From NCBI GenBank assembly GCA_041651415.1, contig JBAZJH010000002.1:20474-84473 (forward strand): DNA of 64,000 bases, written 5' to 3'. Positions 45,782-56,529 of this stretch are shown here, piece by piece. The stretch's first letter is position 1; every line of letters begins with the position of its first letter. Under the pieces are notes generated by a model that was not told the DNA's origin, searched no databases, and worked only from the letters and a program-made list of their open reading frames with translations. The position numbers and the translations under genes were made by a program. This stretch comes from Minisyncoccota bacterium (GTDB lineage Bacteria; Patescibacteriota; Minisyncoccia; UBA6257; XYB1-36-10).

Positions 45782-47495
45782 TTTTATCCTTATTTAAAAT
45801 CTCTTCAGGGTTAGTGGTGATAATCTGATGTTCAAAAAAAGAAGCGACAATTTCAACGGCCACATGCTTTAAACCGGCAAAGAAAAGACCATTGCCGACT
45901 TCAGTTTCCACCAGGAAATTCTTTTCCGTTTCGGAAAGAGCAAAAATTTTTGAGAGTATTTCAGCGGAAGTGTTGGACTGTTTTAGAAGAAGCTGGAGAG
46001 AGGAATTGGTGACAATAGGGCGACCAAAAGAAGAGTTTAGAAAATCCTCGACATCTTGAGTGATAGTCGTGATGCCAAGAAAATATTTTCTGGCTCTTTT
46101 AACAAGGCCGAAAAGGAAGCTCGCGGAAGCTTCGTGTTTCATCATAATCCAAGCTTCATCAATAAAGACAAGGCGTTTTTTGAATTCGGAGCGGATAAGA
46201 TTCCAAATAAAACTCAAAACAATATGCATGGCGATGGGGCGAAGCTCTTCTTCCAAATCACGAATAGAAAAAACAACCAAGCGATTTTTGACATTGATAT
46301 TGGTCGGTTTGTTAACAAAGCCGGCAAAGCTGCCGCTCGTGTAACGATAAAGCTTGGCGGCCAGGTCTTTTCCGCCATCCATATTGTTCAGAACAGCTTC
46401 CAAGTCGCTTAAAAGAGGCGCGGGAGCGAAAGAAAAATCTTTTTCAGGAGTGATTTCTCTGGAAGCATAAGTTTCAGTAATAGCTTTATCGAGAAGAGAT
46501 TCTTCGGAAGGAGTGATATCGCCCACCATCAATTTTATCAAAGTGGCGAGATTAACAATGTGGGATTTAAGAGTTTCAGCCGCATCTTCGTCCTCAGGAA
46601 CAGCAGGAACATCAAAAGGATTAATATTGTCTTCGGAAGTCAAAGAAATTTTTATATGAGAACCGCCGACGGCTTCGGCAAGATTTTCATATTCATTTTC
46701 CGGGTCAATAACTAAGACATCGGAGCCAACCATTAAGGAACGGAGAATTTCCATTTTGGCAAAATAAGATTTTCCGGAACCGGATTTGGCAAAAATAACC
46801 ATATTGGCGTTTTCGAGAGAAAAGCGGTCAAAAATAACAAGAGTGTTATTGTGTTTGTTGATGCCATAAAGGATTCCTTTATCGGAAGTTAAGTCGGTTG
46901 AAATAAAAGGAAAGAAGGAAGAAATAGGAGAAGAATTAAGCGGAACATTAACTTTGAGCTCGTCGTTTTCCAAAGGAAGAACGGAGAAGAAAGCTTCAGT
47001 TTGCTGAAAAGTCGCCGGTTTGGTGTAAATGAGTTTGCTTTCAAGAAGAAGATTGATTTCTTTTTCAAGGTCATTCAGTTCTTCGACGGTTTTTCCGTAA
47101 AAAGCGATATAAATTCCAACATTAAAGAGCTTTTCCCGCGCTTGTTGGAGAGCATCGCGAAGAGTTTCGACATCCTGATAAGCGGTTTCAAGAGCCGGGT
47201 CGCGAACCATCCCCTTTTCTTCATATTCGTTTATCTGCGCTTCCACGCGAGCGGCTTTTTTTCTAAGATTTTTCAAAGCGATGCCAGTGTCAACGGGATG
47301 AATAAAAATAGAAATATCGACAAGGCGAGGAAGATTGATGATAGGCAAAAACCAATCGCTTGTTATATAACGAGGATAAGAAAGGATAAAAATAGTCCGA
47401 AGAAAATTATTGCCAATTTTGACGTGATTAGGAGAAAGCTCCACAGCCGAAGGAGCAATGACATCTTTTATTTCTTTAAATTTTTCTTGGTCCAT
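45774..47495 (-). CDS. VirB4/TraC-like ATPase
   Basis: FDRFSLENAN, AKSGSGKS, IDPENEY, IDEAW and KRARKY..ITQD motifs. Confidence 0.92.
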   Translation of the reverse strand: MDQEKFKEIKDVIAPSAVELSPNHVKIGNNFLRTIFILSYPRYITSDWFLPIINLPRLVDISIFIHPVDTGIALKNLRKKAARVEAQINEYEEKGMVRDPALETAYQDVETLRDALQQAREKLFNVGIYIAFYGKTVEELNDLEKEINLLLESKLIYTKPATFQQTEAFFSVLPLENDELKVNVPLNSSPISSFFPFISTDLTSDKGILYGINKHNNTLVIFDRFSLENANMVIFAKSGSGKSYFAKMEILRSLMVGSDVLVIDPENEYENLAEAVGGSHIKISLTSEDNINPFDVPAVPEDEDAAETLKSHIVNLATLIKLMVGDITPSEESLLDKAITETYASREITPEKDFSFAPAPLLSDLEAVLNNMDGGKDLAAKLYRYTSGSFAGFVNKPTNINVKNRLVVFSIRDLEEELRPIAMHIVLSFIWNLIRSEFKKRLVFIDEAWIMMKHEASASFLFGLVKRARKYFLGITTITQDVEDFLNSSFGRPIVTNSSLQLLLKQSNTSAEILSKIFALSETEKNFLVETEVGNGLFFAGLKHVAVEIVASFFEHQIITTNPEEILNKDKNG

Positions 47496-47515
47496 ATATG
47501 TTAAAAAATAAAAAA

Positions 47516-48190
47516 CTAAACTGAAGAAGGAGACTGGCTGGCAATACTCAAATTCTGCTTTTCGATAGTTTCAGGATTATAAAAATTATAGAAAAGTTCA
47601 AGAAGTTCTTCATTATTCAAAGCAACAGCCCGAAGGCCGATACTTTGAATGCCATCGATAACCTGGTCGCTTCTTTGTTTAAGCTGGCGGAAATTTATTT
47701 TTTTATTTTGGTCCAAACTAAGTTTTGCTTTAGCCGCCGCTTCTTTTTTATTGCCCCAAAAATTAAGTTTGGACAAAAAACCTCCGGCAGGAACAAGATA
47801 AACAGGATTGAAAGGAACGACGACTAAAAACATTTTGTTCATAATATCGTTTTCTTTTACAAAAGTTTTGATAAATTCCTTATATTCAAAAATTTGATTT
47901 TTAAGAAGCTCGTTTTGTTCAACCTTCTCAAGGTTTTCAATGTTTTTGATATAGTTATCAATATTAAATTTTCTGGAATGGACGAGAATCTGGACAGGAA
48001 AATCAAGGGAATTCAAAAAACGCTGGTAGGAGTTTAAAATAACGTTTTTTTCCTCCTCCGACATCAAGTCAAGATTGACGCCAGAAACCATAATAATCTG
48101 GCGGAGACCGCCATCTTTAAGGACAACAACATCTTCTTCAATGTTTTCTATCTTGATAAAATCCTGAGTGGAAGGAGCAGCTTTTGCCAT
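47516..48190 (-). CDS. TraC/VirB4 N-terminal-like protein
   Basis: STQDFI, FLNSLDFPVQI and ELFYNFYNP motifs; directly upstream of the ATPase. Confidence 0.75.
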   Translation of the reverse strand: MAKAAPSTQDFIKIENIEEDVVVLKDGGLRQIIMVSGVNLDLMSEEEKNVILNSYQRFLNSLDFPVQILVHSRKFNIDNYIKNIENLEKVEQNELLKNQIFEYKEFIKTFVKENDIMNKMFLVVVPFNPVYLVPAGGFLSKLNFWGNKKEAAAKAKLSLDQNKKINFRQLKQRSDQVIDGIQSIGLRAVALNNEELLELFYNFYNPETIEKQNLSIASQSPSSV

Positions 48191-48291
48191 ACAATTATTA
48201 TAAAGCACCAAATAACAAACACCAAATAAATTACAAAAAACAATGAAGCTTTACGGCCTTACGAACCAACAAACAGCCGCTAAAGTTATCG

Positions 48292-48891
48292 TTAGCGATA
48301 ATCAACACGTTTAGCGGCGACTCTTTCACCGGTGAATTTTTCGATAATGGAATACTGGTCTTTTTTGCGGCGGCGGAAGAAAGAAAAATCTCTTTCGCGG
48401 TCGGTGATAACATTTTTAGTAGTCATCATTTTTTCAGACAAGTCTTTTAAACTGGAACCGGTCGTGATGGGAGAAGCTTCTAATTCCGGTTTTTTGGTGA
48501 TAATGATTTTGGGAGCCGGAATTTTAGCTTGAGGAAGAGGAGCGGCTCTTCTTTCAAAAGAAGGAATTTTTATTTTAGAGACTTTATCTTCCAAATCGGC
48601 CGGAGCGAAAATTTCGTGGCGCCACATAATAACGCGCGGGTTCCAATAAAACTCGAGAGCGGAAACAATAACAAGAGGAAGAGAGCGGCCGCTGATTTTC
48701 AGAAAAGCCAGCCCGGCGGCAGAAGCCCAGAAAAAAACAGCGATAACCAGCCAAAGCCAGAAATTAAGCAGATAAAAAAGTCCCAAACTTATTCCAAAAG
48801 CGGCGGCAAAATAAAAAAATTGCTTTAAAGTAAGCGGACCGACTATTTTGTCTTCGGTGTCTATAAATTGAGGTACCTGAAAAGTGGCCAC
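48292..48891 (-). CDS. PrgI family (VirB3-like) protein
   Basis: FQVPQFIDTEDKIVGPLTLKQF followed by two TM segments. Confidence 0.85.
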   Translation of the reverse strand: MATFQVPQFIDTEDKIVGPLTLKQFFYFAAAFGISLGLFYLLNFWLWLVIAVFFWASAAGLAFLKISGRSLPLVIVSALEFYWNPRVIMWRHEIFAPADLEDKVSKIKIPSFERRAAPLPQAKIPAPKIIITKKPELEASPITTGSSLKDLSEKMMTTKNVITDRERDFSFFRRRKKDQYSIIEKFTGERVAAKRVDYR

Positions 48892-48974
48892 AATAAAAAA
48901 GTTAAAAGTTTATAAAGTTAAAAGGACTATGAGTAAATTATAACCCAAAAACAGAAAAAATTTATTTTTTTGTT

Positions 48975-50102
48975 TTATCCTCGAAAATCAACAATATTGC
49001 CTTTTAAGGAAGGACCGGAAGGAGGAACCAATTTTTCCTTAGAAGGAGGCGCGGGCGGAGGAAGAGGTTTTTCTTCTTTTTTAAGAGGCGTGGGAGCGGG
49101 AATAGAAACAGAACCAACGGAAACGGATTTAATTTTAGAAAAAGGGTCAACGGGACCGGAAGGAAAACCGCTATAATCAATCGCCTGCCTATTTTCTTGT
49201 TCGGTTTTAGCGGTTACAGGAGAAACTATTTTTTCTTTTCTTTCTTCGCGGCGAGTTTTGCCGATTTCAACTCGGGCAACAACCGCTTCTTGTTTTATCT
49301 CTTTAGAGAGAGGAGAAGAACTCATTTCAGGGACAGCCTTTTTTTCAACCATACCGGAACGAAAAACCGGTTCCACTTTCGATTCTTCGTGAATCATAAA
49401 AGGAGAAACGGGACGGATAAAATCTTTTTGAATCGGCGCAATTTTTGAAGAAAGATTATCAGCCAAAGGAGGAGCAATCGGTTTTATAAAAGGAGCGGAA
49501 GGCAAAGGAGAAAACGGAGAAGGTTTGGAAATAATTTGTTCCATAGGTTTTGGAACAGGGAGAGAAGAAGCCGGTTTAGGAGACAAAAAAGGAGAAAGAG
49601 GCGCGGGGGCGGGAGAAATTTGCTTGTTAAAAACAGGAGGGATGGGTTTTAATGACTTATCAAGACCAACAGTTTGAGAAGCATTTTGTTCCGAAAAAAC
49701 GATTTTATTCAAAGGAGAGACAACGGGAACTTTTTTCAGATTGACGACATTTTCCGGAGGAACCGGGGAAGAAGGCATTTTCGACTGGCCGATTTTATCT
49801 ATTTCCCCTTTCAAGCTCGCAAAAATATCACGATTTAAAGTTGCGGAAATTTTTTTGGCGTCTTCTACGGGAACAGGAAGACCGGAGGCAACTTCTTTTT
49901 CCAAATCAGAAAGAGGAATAAAACCCATAGTAACGCGGCCAAAAATTTTTTCCAGGACTGCTGATTGACCTTCATTAAGATTAAAATTCTTTTCCAAATT
50001 ATCTATTTTCTCAAAGATATCATAATCAAAAAGCGCGTCCTGGAGGAGGGAAGGAAGTTTTGCAAGACGTTCGTCTATTTGAATTTTGGAAAGCTTAAGC
50101 AT
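48975..50102 (-). CDS. Hypothetical protein with Pro-rich C-terminal region
   Basis: Helical N-terminal domain followed by Pro/Ser low complexity. Confidence 0.75.
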   Translation of the reverse strand: MLKLSKIQIDERLAKLPSLLQDALFDYDIFEKIDNLEKNFNLNEGQSAVLEKIFGRVTMGFIPLSDLEKEVASGLPVPVEDAKKISATLNRDIFASLKGEIDKIGQSKMPSSPVPPENVVNLKKVPVVSPLNKIVFSEQNASQTVGLDKSLKPIPPVFNKQISPAPAPLSPFLSPKPASSLPVPKPMEQIISKPSPFSPLPSAPFIKPIAPPLADNLSSKIAPIQKDFIRPVSPFMIHEESKVEPVFRSGMVEKKAVPEMSSSPLSKEIKQEAVVARVEIGKTRREERKEKIVSPVTAKTEQENRQAIDYSGFPSGPVDPFSKIKSVSVGSVSIPAPTPLKKEEKPLPPPAPPSKEKLVPPSGPSLKGNIVDFRG

Positions 50103-50108
50103 CTTTCA

Positions 50109-52454
50109 TTATTTTTTTTCTTCTTTTTTTTCTTCGCCTTTTTCTTCTCCTCCTTTCTTCTCTTCTCCAAAATCATCAGAACCAGCAGAGTTTAAAGACT
50201 TTAAAATGTATTTACGAAGTTCCGAATTCACATCTCCACCCTCTTCTCTTTTTTTATTAATAGCATTAAGAACTACTCTATTTTTTGAAAAATCAGAAGT
50301 TTTTATAGAATCCTCAAAATCTTTTGGAGCCAGACCAGAGATAGCTAAAAGAGTTCTATTAGCCATAACGGAACGGTTTTCAGCAGAAGCCTTTTTGACG
50401 ATATTGCTATATTCTTTCGGTTTTAATTTAGAAATAGCGCGATAAGCGGCCTGTTTGCCTCTTTTATTCCACATATCTTCAGTCATCCCCGATTGAAGAC
50501 CTTTTTCCAGAATATCAAACCAAGAGCCTTTTTGAATGTCGGCAGTTTTCATAGTGGATAAAGCTTTAACCAAAGATTCTTCGAAATCAGTAATGACATC
50601 GTTAAGTTCGTCATTTTTCTTTTCATCAACATTTACCAAGTTTTTAATTGATTCCGAAACACTCTTTGCTGTTTCATCTTTTTTATCTTTGGCAAGAGAA
50701 AGGAGAATGTTTGAGGAAGTTATTTTATCGACATCACCGCCGTATTTTTGGAACAAAAGAGGGTCGATATATTCCGGATACTTATCAAGTTTGCCTTTTT
50801 CAGCCAAAAGTTCCTGAAGAGCAGCTTTTTTAACCGGATCGCGCGCCATGCGGGCAGAGGCGGAAATCTGTTCAGGGGAAAGATTCTTTGCTTCTTTTTT
50901 ATAGTTTTCAAAAATAGTGTCGGAAGTTCGTTTTTTGAAACCAAGAACGGTTTTGGCGGTAAGCAAGCCAAGGCGACTGGCTTTTTCGCTTTTTATTTCT
51001 CCTTTTGCCCAGTCTTCCATCCTTTTTCCAACACCGGAACGACCAATAGTTTGACCGTAAGCGAAACGACCAGTGCCAAGAACAGCTTTAGAACGAGTGC
51101 GTCTTAACCAATTAGTGGTTCCATCTTTTACCCAATTTGCCCAACTCATAGTTCCTTTGGCGCCATTAATACCAAATCTATCGGCAACCATCATACTGCC
51201 GAAGAGAAAACCAAGAACGACAATCATATTGCCGATTTGGCCCAAACCATTAACAATCATTATTTTACCGCTTAAAGCAGCTTCCGCGCCGGAGGAAGAA
51301 GCGCCGGAAGAAACGGAGCCGCCAGTCAGCGATTGAATAGAAAGGAAAATAAAAAAACTGGAGACGGGAGCAAAAAAAGTCCAGCGGAGAAAACTATTCC
51401 ACCAAGCGCCGGAATAATTTATTTTCGGGAAAATTCCCGTAAACCAGGCAAGAGGGGCGAGAATAAGAAGGAAAGAAAGAAAAATAAATCTGTAAATAAG
51501 CATAATAGACAAACCAATAAGGAAGATGGCGGAAAAAGCGGTAAAAAGAACGGAAAAAAGAAGAGTGGAAATGCCGACCATAAAAGAAGCAGAAAGGGCG
51601 GAGGCCTTTTGTCCGGCAGATAAAGAAGAAAAATCAACTTCATACAGCTTATTTATATCAAGGAGTTTAGAAAAAGCGGAAGAAATATCAGGCTGACTGA
51701 TAAGAGCATTGTTTAAAAAATAAGCGGTAACAATGCCGGCAAAATCAATCAGAACGCCGCAAATAACAAGAGAAAAATTTATCAGGATAGCAGTTTGAAT
51801 GAATTTAAAAAGCAAGGACTGCATACCATATTGTTTTTGCCGGATAATAGTGGCAAAAGAAATAACGAGGATGCCCAAGACAAAACCAAGGTTGGCAAAA
51901 TCACGGGCGAAAGACCAGCCGTTTTTAATAATGGGCATTTTCATCAGGCGAGAATTCAAACTAAAAGCAAAATCAATCAACCAAGAACCGAAAATAAAAA
52001 CAACGTTCGTGATATAAGAGAGAACATTGAGGAAAAAACCGAAAACACCCTCCATAGCAAAACTAGCAAAACCAGAAATAAAACCTTCGCCAGTATATTC
52101 AGTTTTTAAATCACCACTTTCACTTATTGTATCTTTTCTAGAAACTCCAGAGCCTAAAAGATCATCATCCGTAGAAATTTTTTTTCCTTCAGGATAACTG
52201 TAATAATCATGCCCAGTTGAAATAGCTTCTCCAACACCCGTTGAATAGGAGTAATCCCAAGCATTTTTTTCTTTATTAAAGGTGGCATCTTTTGGAACAC
52301 CAGAAGGACAAGAAGGAAAGGAAGAACAAGTCTGACCATTAGTTGGAGTAGCAGTTTCTTGCGCCAAAACAAAATTGAAGGAAAAAGAAAAAATAACAAA
52401 AAAGAAGGAGAGAAGAGCGGTTTTTTTCCAATTATTTTTTAGCCAAAAAAACAT
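50109..52454 (-). CDS. VirB6/TrbL-like polytopic membrane protein
   Basis: GWSFARDFANL, ILINFS, LLILAPLAW and WW..FLRWTFFAP motifs; long C-terminal tail. Confidence 0.75.
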   Translation of the reverse strand: MFFWLKNNWKKTALLSFFFVIFSFSFNFVLAQETATPTNGQTCSSFPSCPSGVPKDATFNKEKNAWDYSYSTGVGEAISTGHDYYSYPEGKKISTDDDLLGSGVSRKDTISESGDLKTEYTGEGFISGFASFAMEGVFGFFLNVLSYITNVVFIFGSWLIDFAFSLNSRLMKMPIIKNGWSFARDFANLGFVLGILVISFATIIRQKQYGMQSLLFKFIQTAILINFSLVICGVLIDFAGIVTAYFLNNALISQPDISSAFSKLLDINKLYEVDFSSLSAGQKASALSASFMVGISTLLFSVLFTAFSAIFLIGLSIMLIYRFIFLSFLLILAPLAWFTGIFPKINYSGAWWNSFLRWTFFAPVSSFFIFLSIQSLTGGSVSSGASSSGAEAALSGKIMIVNGLGQIGNMIVVLGFLFGSMMVADRFGINGAKGTMSWANWVKDGTTNWLRRTRSKAVLGTGRFAYGQTIGRSGVGKRMEDWAKGEIKSEKASRLGLLTAKTVLGFKKRTSDTIFENYKKEAKNLSPEQISASARMARDPVKKAALQELLAEKGKLDKYPEYIDPLLFQKYGGDVDKITSSNILLSLAKDKKDETAKSVSESIKNLVNVDEKKNDELNDVITDFEESLVKALSTMKTADIQKGSWFDILEKGLQSGMTEDMWNKRGKQAAYRAISKLKPKEYSNIVKKASAENRSVMANRTLLAISGLAPKDFEDSIKTSDFSKNRVVLNAINKKREEGGDVNSELRKYILKSLNSAGSDDFGEEKKGGEEKGEEKKEEKK

Positions 52455-52457
52455 TTT

Positions 52458-54851
52458 TTATTTAAGATAGCCGTTAGTTTCTAAGCTGTTTATTTTTGAA
52501 TTAAGAGCGTCAAGATAAGATGTTTTATTTTCAGGATGATTAAAATAAACAAGATTAATTGAAAGACCTAAGAAGTTCTGACTGGCGGAAAAAGGAGCGA
52601 TGGTGGTTTTTATATTTCCGGAAGAAACAATCGTCACAGCTGAACCGCTATCCGTTTTTTGATTAAGATTAATCGGAAGTTTGTTGGTTATATCAAAATT
52701 ATTACCACTTTCACTTCCTAAGCCAGCGGAAAATAAATTCAGAAGTTCCGCTCGTTCTTTTTGAGAATAATCCAAATCGGTTTCAGAAACATCCGTTTTC
52801 CAGATATCGGCGGATTTAGAAAGAAGATTATTTTTAAGAATCGGAAGATTAGAATTTGAAGAATCAACATCTCCCAGATAGAGATAAGCTTTATTTAATT
52901 CAGAGACAACAGCTTCTTTATTCTGCCGAAAAGAAATCTTCCGACTTAAAGATTTACTATCAAGAGAAAGAGAGTTAAAAGAAGAAATCTTTCCACTAAG
53001 AGAAGAAAGATAATTGTCAAAATTATCAGGGTGAAGATAGAAAAAATTAGAAGCAACCGTAGAAGAAAGAGATAAGCCAAGATAATTTCCATAACCGGAA
53101 GTCGTTTTATTAAATGTGTATTTTATTTCATTATTAAAGAAATTGAATCCAGACAGAGAGAGGGAGACTGCGTTCGTATAATAAATTTTCGTTGTTTTTT
53201 GCCTCATTCCCGTGCCGGAAACAGTTTCTTCAAAACAAGAGATATCCTTTGATATGGTCTTATTATCAACTTTTAAACCATTACCAACATTAAGATTTAG
53301 AGGAAGAGTGTTAAGCAAATCAAAATTTTCACTTTCTTCATTAATGGAAGAGTCGCCGGCCAAAAAGAGATTGGAAAGTTCTTCTTTTTGAAGAGAAGAC
53401 GCCAATATTTCAGCCTCAGTTTCCGAGCCGGAAGAAGCGGATATTTCATCATTAAGCTTTTGAAGGATTGTCTGAAGTTTCTTTTTAAGTTCATCCACTT
53501 TTGCTATTTTGACGCTTCTTTCACTTACGGGAAGAAAATAGAAAATATCTTCAGAACATATTTGATTGCTGGAGCCGCCGGTATCTTTATCTTTAACTGA
53601 ATATTTCAAATTAAGGGAAAGATTTATGTCTTCAAGATAAAGAATAGCTCTTTTAACTTCGTTAAAAGAAGAAATTTTATTTTGTTTATAACTGCCAAGC
53701 GAAGAATAAAGAGAATCGTAATTAGAAGAGGAATCAAGAGAAGAGCTCAAATCAAGATTGGTGGTGTTTTCTATTTCTTCTTTGATAAGATCATCGATAC
53801 TTTCCACGTTTTTCGGAACAGAATCATAGGCGGAAGAAAAATCATTATCAGAACTTTCATTAAAAATAATTTCAGAAATATCTTCTAAAGAAACACTACC
53901 AAACTCGCCGAGGGAAAAATTTGCTCCGTCAATATCGCCAATATTAAGAGAAAAAGTACCTAAACTTTCCCCGTTTAAAATACCTTGAGCCACACCCATG
54001 ATTCCGGAGACGCCACTGCCTAAGAGCTTATTAAAAACAGATGAAGAAATAGCACTGACGAAGCTCGCAAAATCATCGGCATTAACAATATAATCAATAT
54101 CAGAAGTAACGGCGCGAGAAAGAGTGTCACCAATAGTTTTGCCGGGAGTAGTACTGACTTCATTAAGACAAAATTCTTCTCCCGCTTCGTTAGTAGCTGT
54201 TTTCAGACATTTTTTTGTGGAAAGAAATCCCCCGCCGGCAAGCGCTTCGTTTTTGGCGGCTTCGGCTTTAGCGACGGCTTTGCGGTCAACTATGTCTTTA
54301 GCAATAAAAGATTTTCCGTAATAATTATTCTCAGGGAAAGTGTTTTTAGAAAAACTTTCCCAGTCAAATTGGCTGTATTGTTCATTATATTTTTCTTCAA
54401 CAGTTTTCTCCTTGGTTTCTGAAACAAAAGAACTGCCGCTTAATTGAGATTTTATAGCCGAGTCAAAACTATTTCCGGAGCTAAAGAAACCGCTTGATTC
54501 AAGACCTTGAATAGCTTCTTTTTTACCCAAAGAGTAATTTTGGTTAAGAAAACTTTCCCAGTTAGTGACAAATTTAGGTTCACTGCCGCCAGCGATGCCT
54601 GTGACCATCTGGCTAACAAGAGCGTCGAGCAAGCTTCGCTTAAGATTTTCGGTGGTAAGTTTAAAGATAAACTCCATAATCATTCTTGCTAAGCTCCCGG
54701 TAGTGGCGCCGGAAGTGATGCCGAGAGGCCCCAAAACGCCCGGATTTGTTTCAAGAGTCGGAACAGCGGCAAAAGAAGAAGCAGGGAGGCAAGAAAATAA
54801 AAATAATAAAACAAGAGAAGCGGCGGAAGATTTATAAAAAAAGTTTTTCAT
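52458..54851 (-). CDS. Secreted protein (T4SS-like locus)
   Basis: Signal peptide; PKFVTNW and GGGFLS.KKC...C...TPG patterns. Confidence 0.75.
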   Translation of the reverse strand: MKNFFYKSSAASLVLLFLFSCLPASSFAAVPTLETNPGVLGPLGITSGATTGSLARMIMEFIFKLTTENLKRSLLDALVSQMVTGIAGGSEPKFVTNWESFLNQNYSLGKKEAIQGLESSGFFSSGNSFDSAIKSQLSGSSFVSETKEKTVEEKYNEQYSQFDWESFSKNTFPENNYYGKSFIAKDIVDRKAVAKAEAAKNEALAGGGFLSTKKCLKTATNEAGEEFCLNEVSTTPGKTIGDTLSRAVTSDIDYIVNADDFASFVSAISSSVFNKLLGSGVSGIMGVAQGILNGESLGTFSLNIGDIDGANFSLGEFGSVSLEDISEIIFNESSDNDFSSAYDSVPKNVESIDDLIKEEIENTTNLDLSSSLDSSSNYDSLYSSLGSYKQNKISSFNEVKRAILYLEDINLSLNLKYSVKDKDTGGSSNQICSEDIFYFLPVSERSVKIAKVDELKKKLQTILQKLNDEISASSGSETEAEILASSLQKEELSNLFLAGDSSINEESENFDLLNTLPLNLNVGNGLKVDNKTISKDISCFEETVSGTGMRQKTTKIYYTNAVSLSLSGFNFFNNEIKYTFNKTTSGYGNYLGLSLSSTVASNFFYLHPDNFDNYLSSLSGKISSFNSLSLDSKSLSRKISFRQNKEAVVSELNKAYLYLGDVDSSNSNLPILKNNLLSKSADIWKTDVSETDLDYSQKERAELLNLFSAGLGSESGNNFDITNKLPINLNQKTDSGSAVTIVSSGNIKTTIAPFSASQNFLGLSINLVYFNHPENKTSYLDALNSKINSLETNGYLK

Positions 54852-54855
54852 AAAA

Positions 54856-55596
54856 TTAGAAAGTGATGTTATTTTTCAGCAAATAATCATTGATAGAATC
54901 TTTCAGCTCCAGGAATTTGGCGTCAAAATATTCATCGGACTTAACAGCAAGAAGAGTCAAAAGCGGGTCTTGTTCATAATTTTGAAGCTGTTTTAAAATA
55001 AGAAGCTTGGCGGAAAGAAGAGAAATCTCTTCTTTATGGAAAGAAACAACGCTTTTAGGAACGGAAAGGGCGTAAAATTCTTTAATCATTTTTTCATAAG
55101 AAAAAATCAGAGAAGCAAGGGCGTTAGAAACCGTGGTTTCAGGGTTGAGACTGTTTACAGAAGAAGAATTATTCATGAGAATTTCCTGAAACCCGGAAAA
55201 ATAAGAGGAGACAGCTTTGACACTAATGTCTTCCGAAATTTTTAAACTGCCGTCTTTAATTTCCGGCTTAATCGATTCCGGATTAAAGTTTTTTAGAGAA
55301 GTTTCAACGGCTTCGTTTATCAATGTTTTATCGGGAAGCTTGATTACGCCGACACCGGAATTTTCAATGTTTTCTTCGGCCACTTTTTGAATAACATTTT
55401 TAGCCAATTCATCGGTAAAATTTCTGGAAGAAGCGGGAGAGTTTGATTCAAAATTACTGATTTTATTCAAGGTTTCGTTTTGCTTCTGTTTTTCCAGATA
55501 ATCGGAGCCGATAATATAAAAAAACAAAAGCGCGGAAAGCCCGATTAAACCAAAAACAAGCGGGCCTAATATTTTTTTGTTGGAAAATAAATTCAT
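54856..55596 (-). CDS. Membrane-anchored helical protein
   Basis: N-terminal TM; LSVPKSVVSFHKE. Confidence 0.75.
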   Translation of the reverse strand: MNLFSNKKILGPLVFGLIGLSALLFFYIIGSDYLEKQKQNETLNKISNFESNSPASSRNFTDELAKNVIQKVAEENIENSGVGVIKLPDKTLINEAVETSLKNFNPESIKPEIKDGSLKISEDISVKAVSSYFSGFQEILMNNSSSVNSLNPETTVSNALASLIFSYEKMIKEFYALSVPKSVVSFHKEEISLLSAKLLILKQLQNYEQDPLLTLLAVKSDEYFDAKFLELKDSINDYLLKNNITF

Positions 55597-55701
55597 TGCC
55601 CAGAAATATAAGGGAATTATATCATTTTTGAGGGCGAAAAATAAGGGGAAAAATAAAAATGACGAATTAAAAATTTCTAATGACTAACTAATTAAAAATT
55701 A

Positions 55702-56478
55702 CTAATGATTAACTAGAAGAGAGAGTTTAAGAAGAGATTCAAAATTAAGGTCTTGCGGGCGAGAATTTGGAAGAAGACCGATTTTGGCGATAAGTTTCAA
55801 GGATTCAGCTTTATCGATTTTAAGGCCGGCGGAAAGGTTATTTAAAAGGGTTTTCCTCGGCTGTTTAAAAGCGGCTTTAGCGGTTAAGAAATAAGATAAC
55901 TTTTCAGTTTCGGATAATTGTTGTTCCTTTTTTTCTATTAAAACGGCTACGGAGTCAACTTGAGGAGGCGGAGAAAAGCTTTTTTTAGGAATAGAGGAGA
56001 TTATTTTAGGGTTTCCCCAAGATTGAATAGAAGCAGCCAAGAGATTAAAGTTTCCTTTTTCAGCGGAGAGACGCTCCCCCACTTCCTTTTGAATGGTAAA
56101 AACAACAAGTTTAGGAAGAATGGCGAGTTCGCCGATTTTTCTAAAAAGAAAACCGGTTAAATAATAAGGAATGTTGCCGCAGATTTTATAAGGAGATTTT
56201 TTGATTAAGGAAGGGAGAATTTTTAAAATATCGCCTTCAACAATTTCAAGGCGATTTTCGGAAGAAAATTTCGCTTGAAGAAGAGAAACGAGTTTTTTGT
56301 CTTTTTCCACAGCAAAAAGGCGGAAATTTTGGGGAACTTTCAAAATTTCCGAAGTAAGCTCGCCATGGCCGGGACCGACTTCAACAATAAAATCGCCGTC
56401 CTCCGGATTAACGGCGGAAACGGCTTGTTTGATTTTGGCTTTATCTTTCAGAAAATGTTGTCCGAGATAACGAGGCAT
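55702..56478 (-). CDS. rsmA: 16S rRNA dimethyladenosine transferase
   Basis: LGQHFL, EVGPGHG, GNIPYYLT and FSPPPQVDS motifs. Confidence 0.95.
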   Translation of the reverse strand: MPRYLGQHFLKDKAKIKQAVSAVNPEDGDFIVEVGPGHGELTSEILKVPQNFRLFAVEKDKKLVSLLQAKFSSENRLEIVEGDILKILPSLIKKSPYKICGNIPYYLTGFLFRKIGELAILPKLVVFTIQKEVGERLSAEKGNFNLLAASIQSWGNPKIISSIPKKSFSPPPQVDSVAVLIEKKEQQLSETEKLSYFLTAKAAFKQPRKTLLNNLSAGLKIDKAESLKLIAKIGLLPNSRPQDLNFESLLKLSLLVNH

Positions 56479-56529
56479 AGGAAGTATAATTTTCAATTAA
56501 CAATCATCAATTTACAAACAATAACGGAT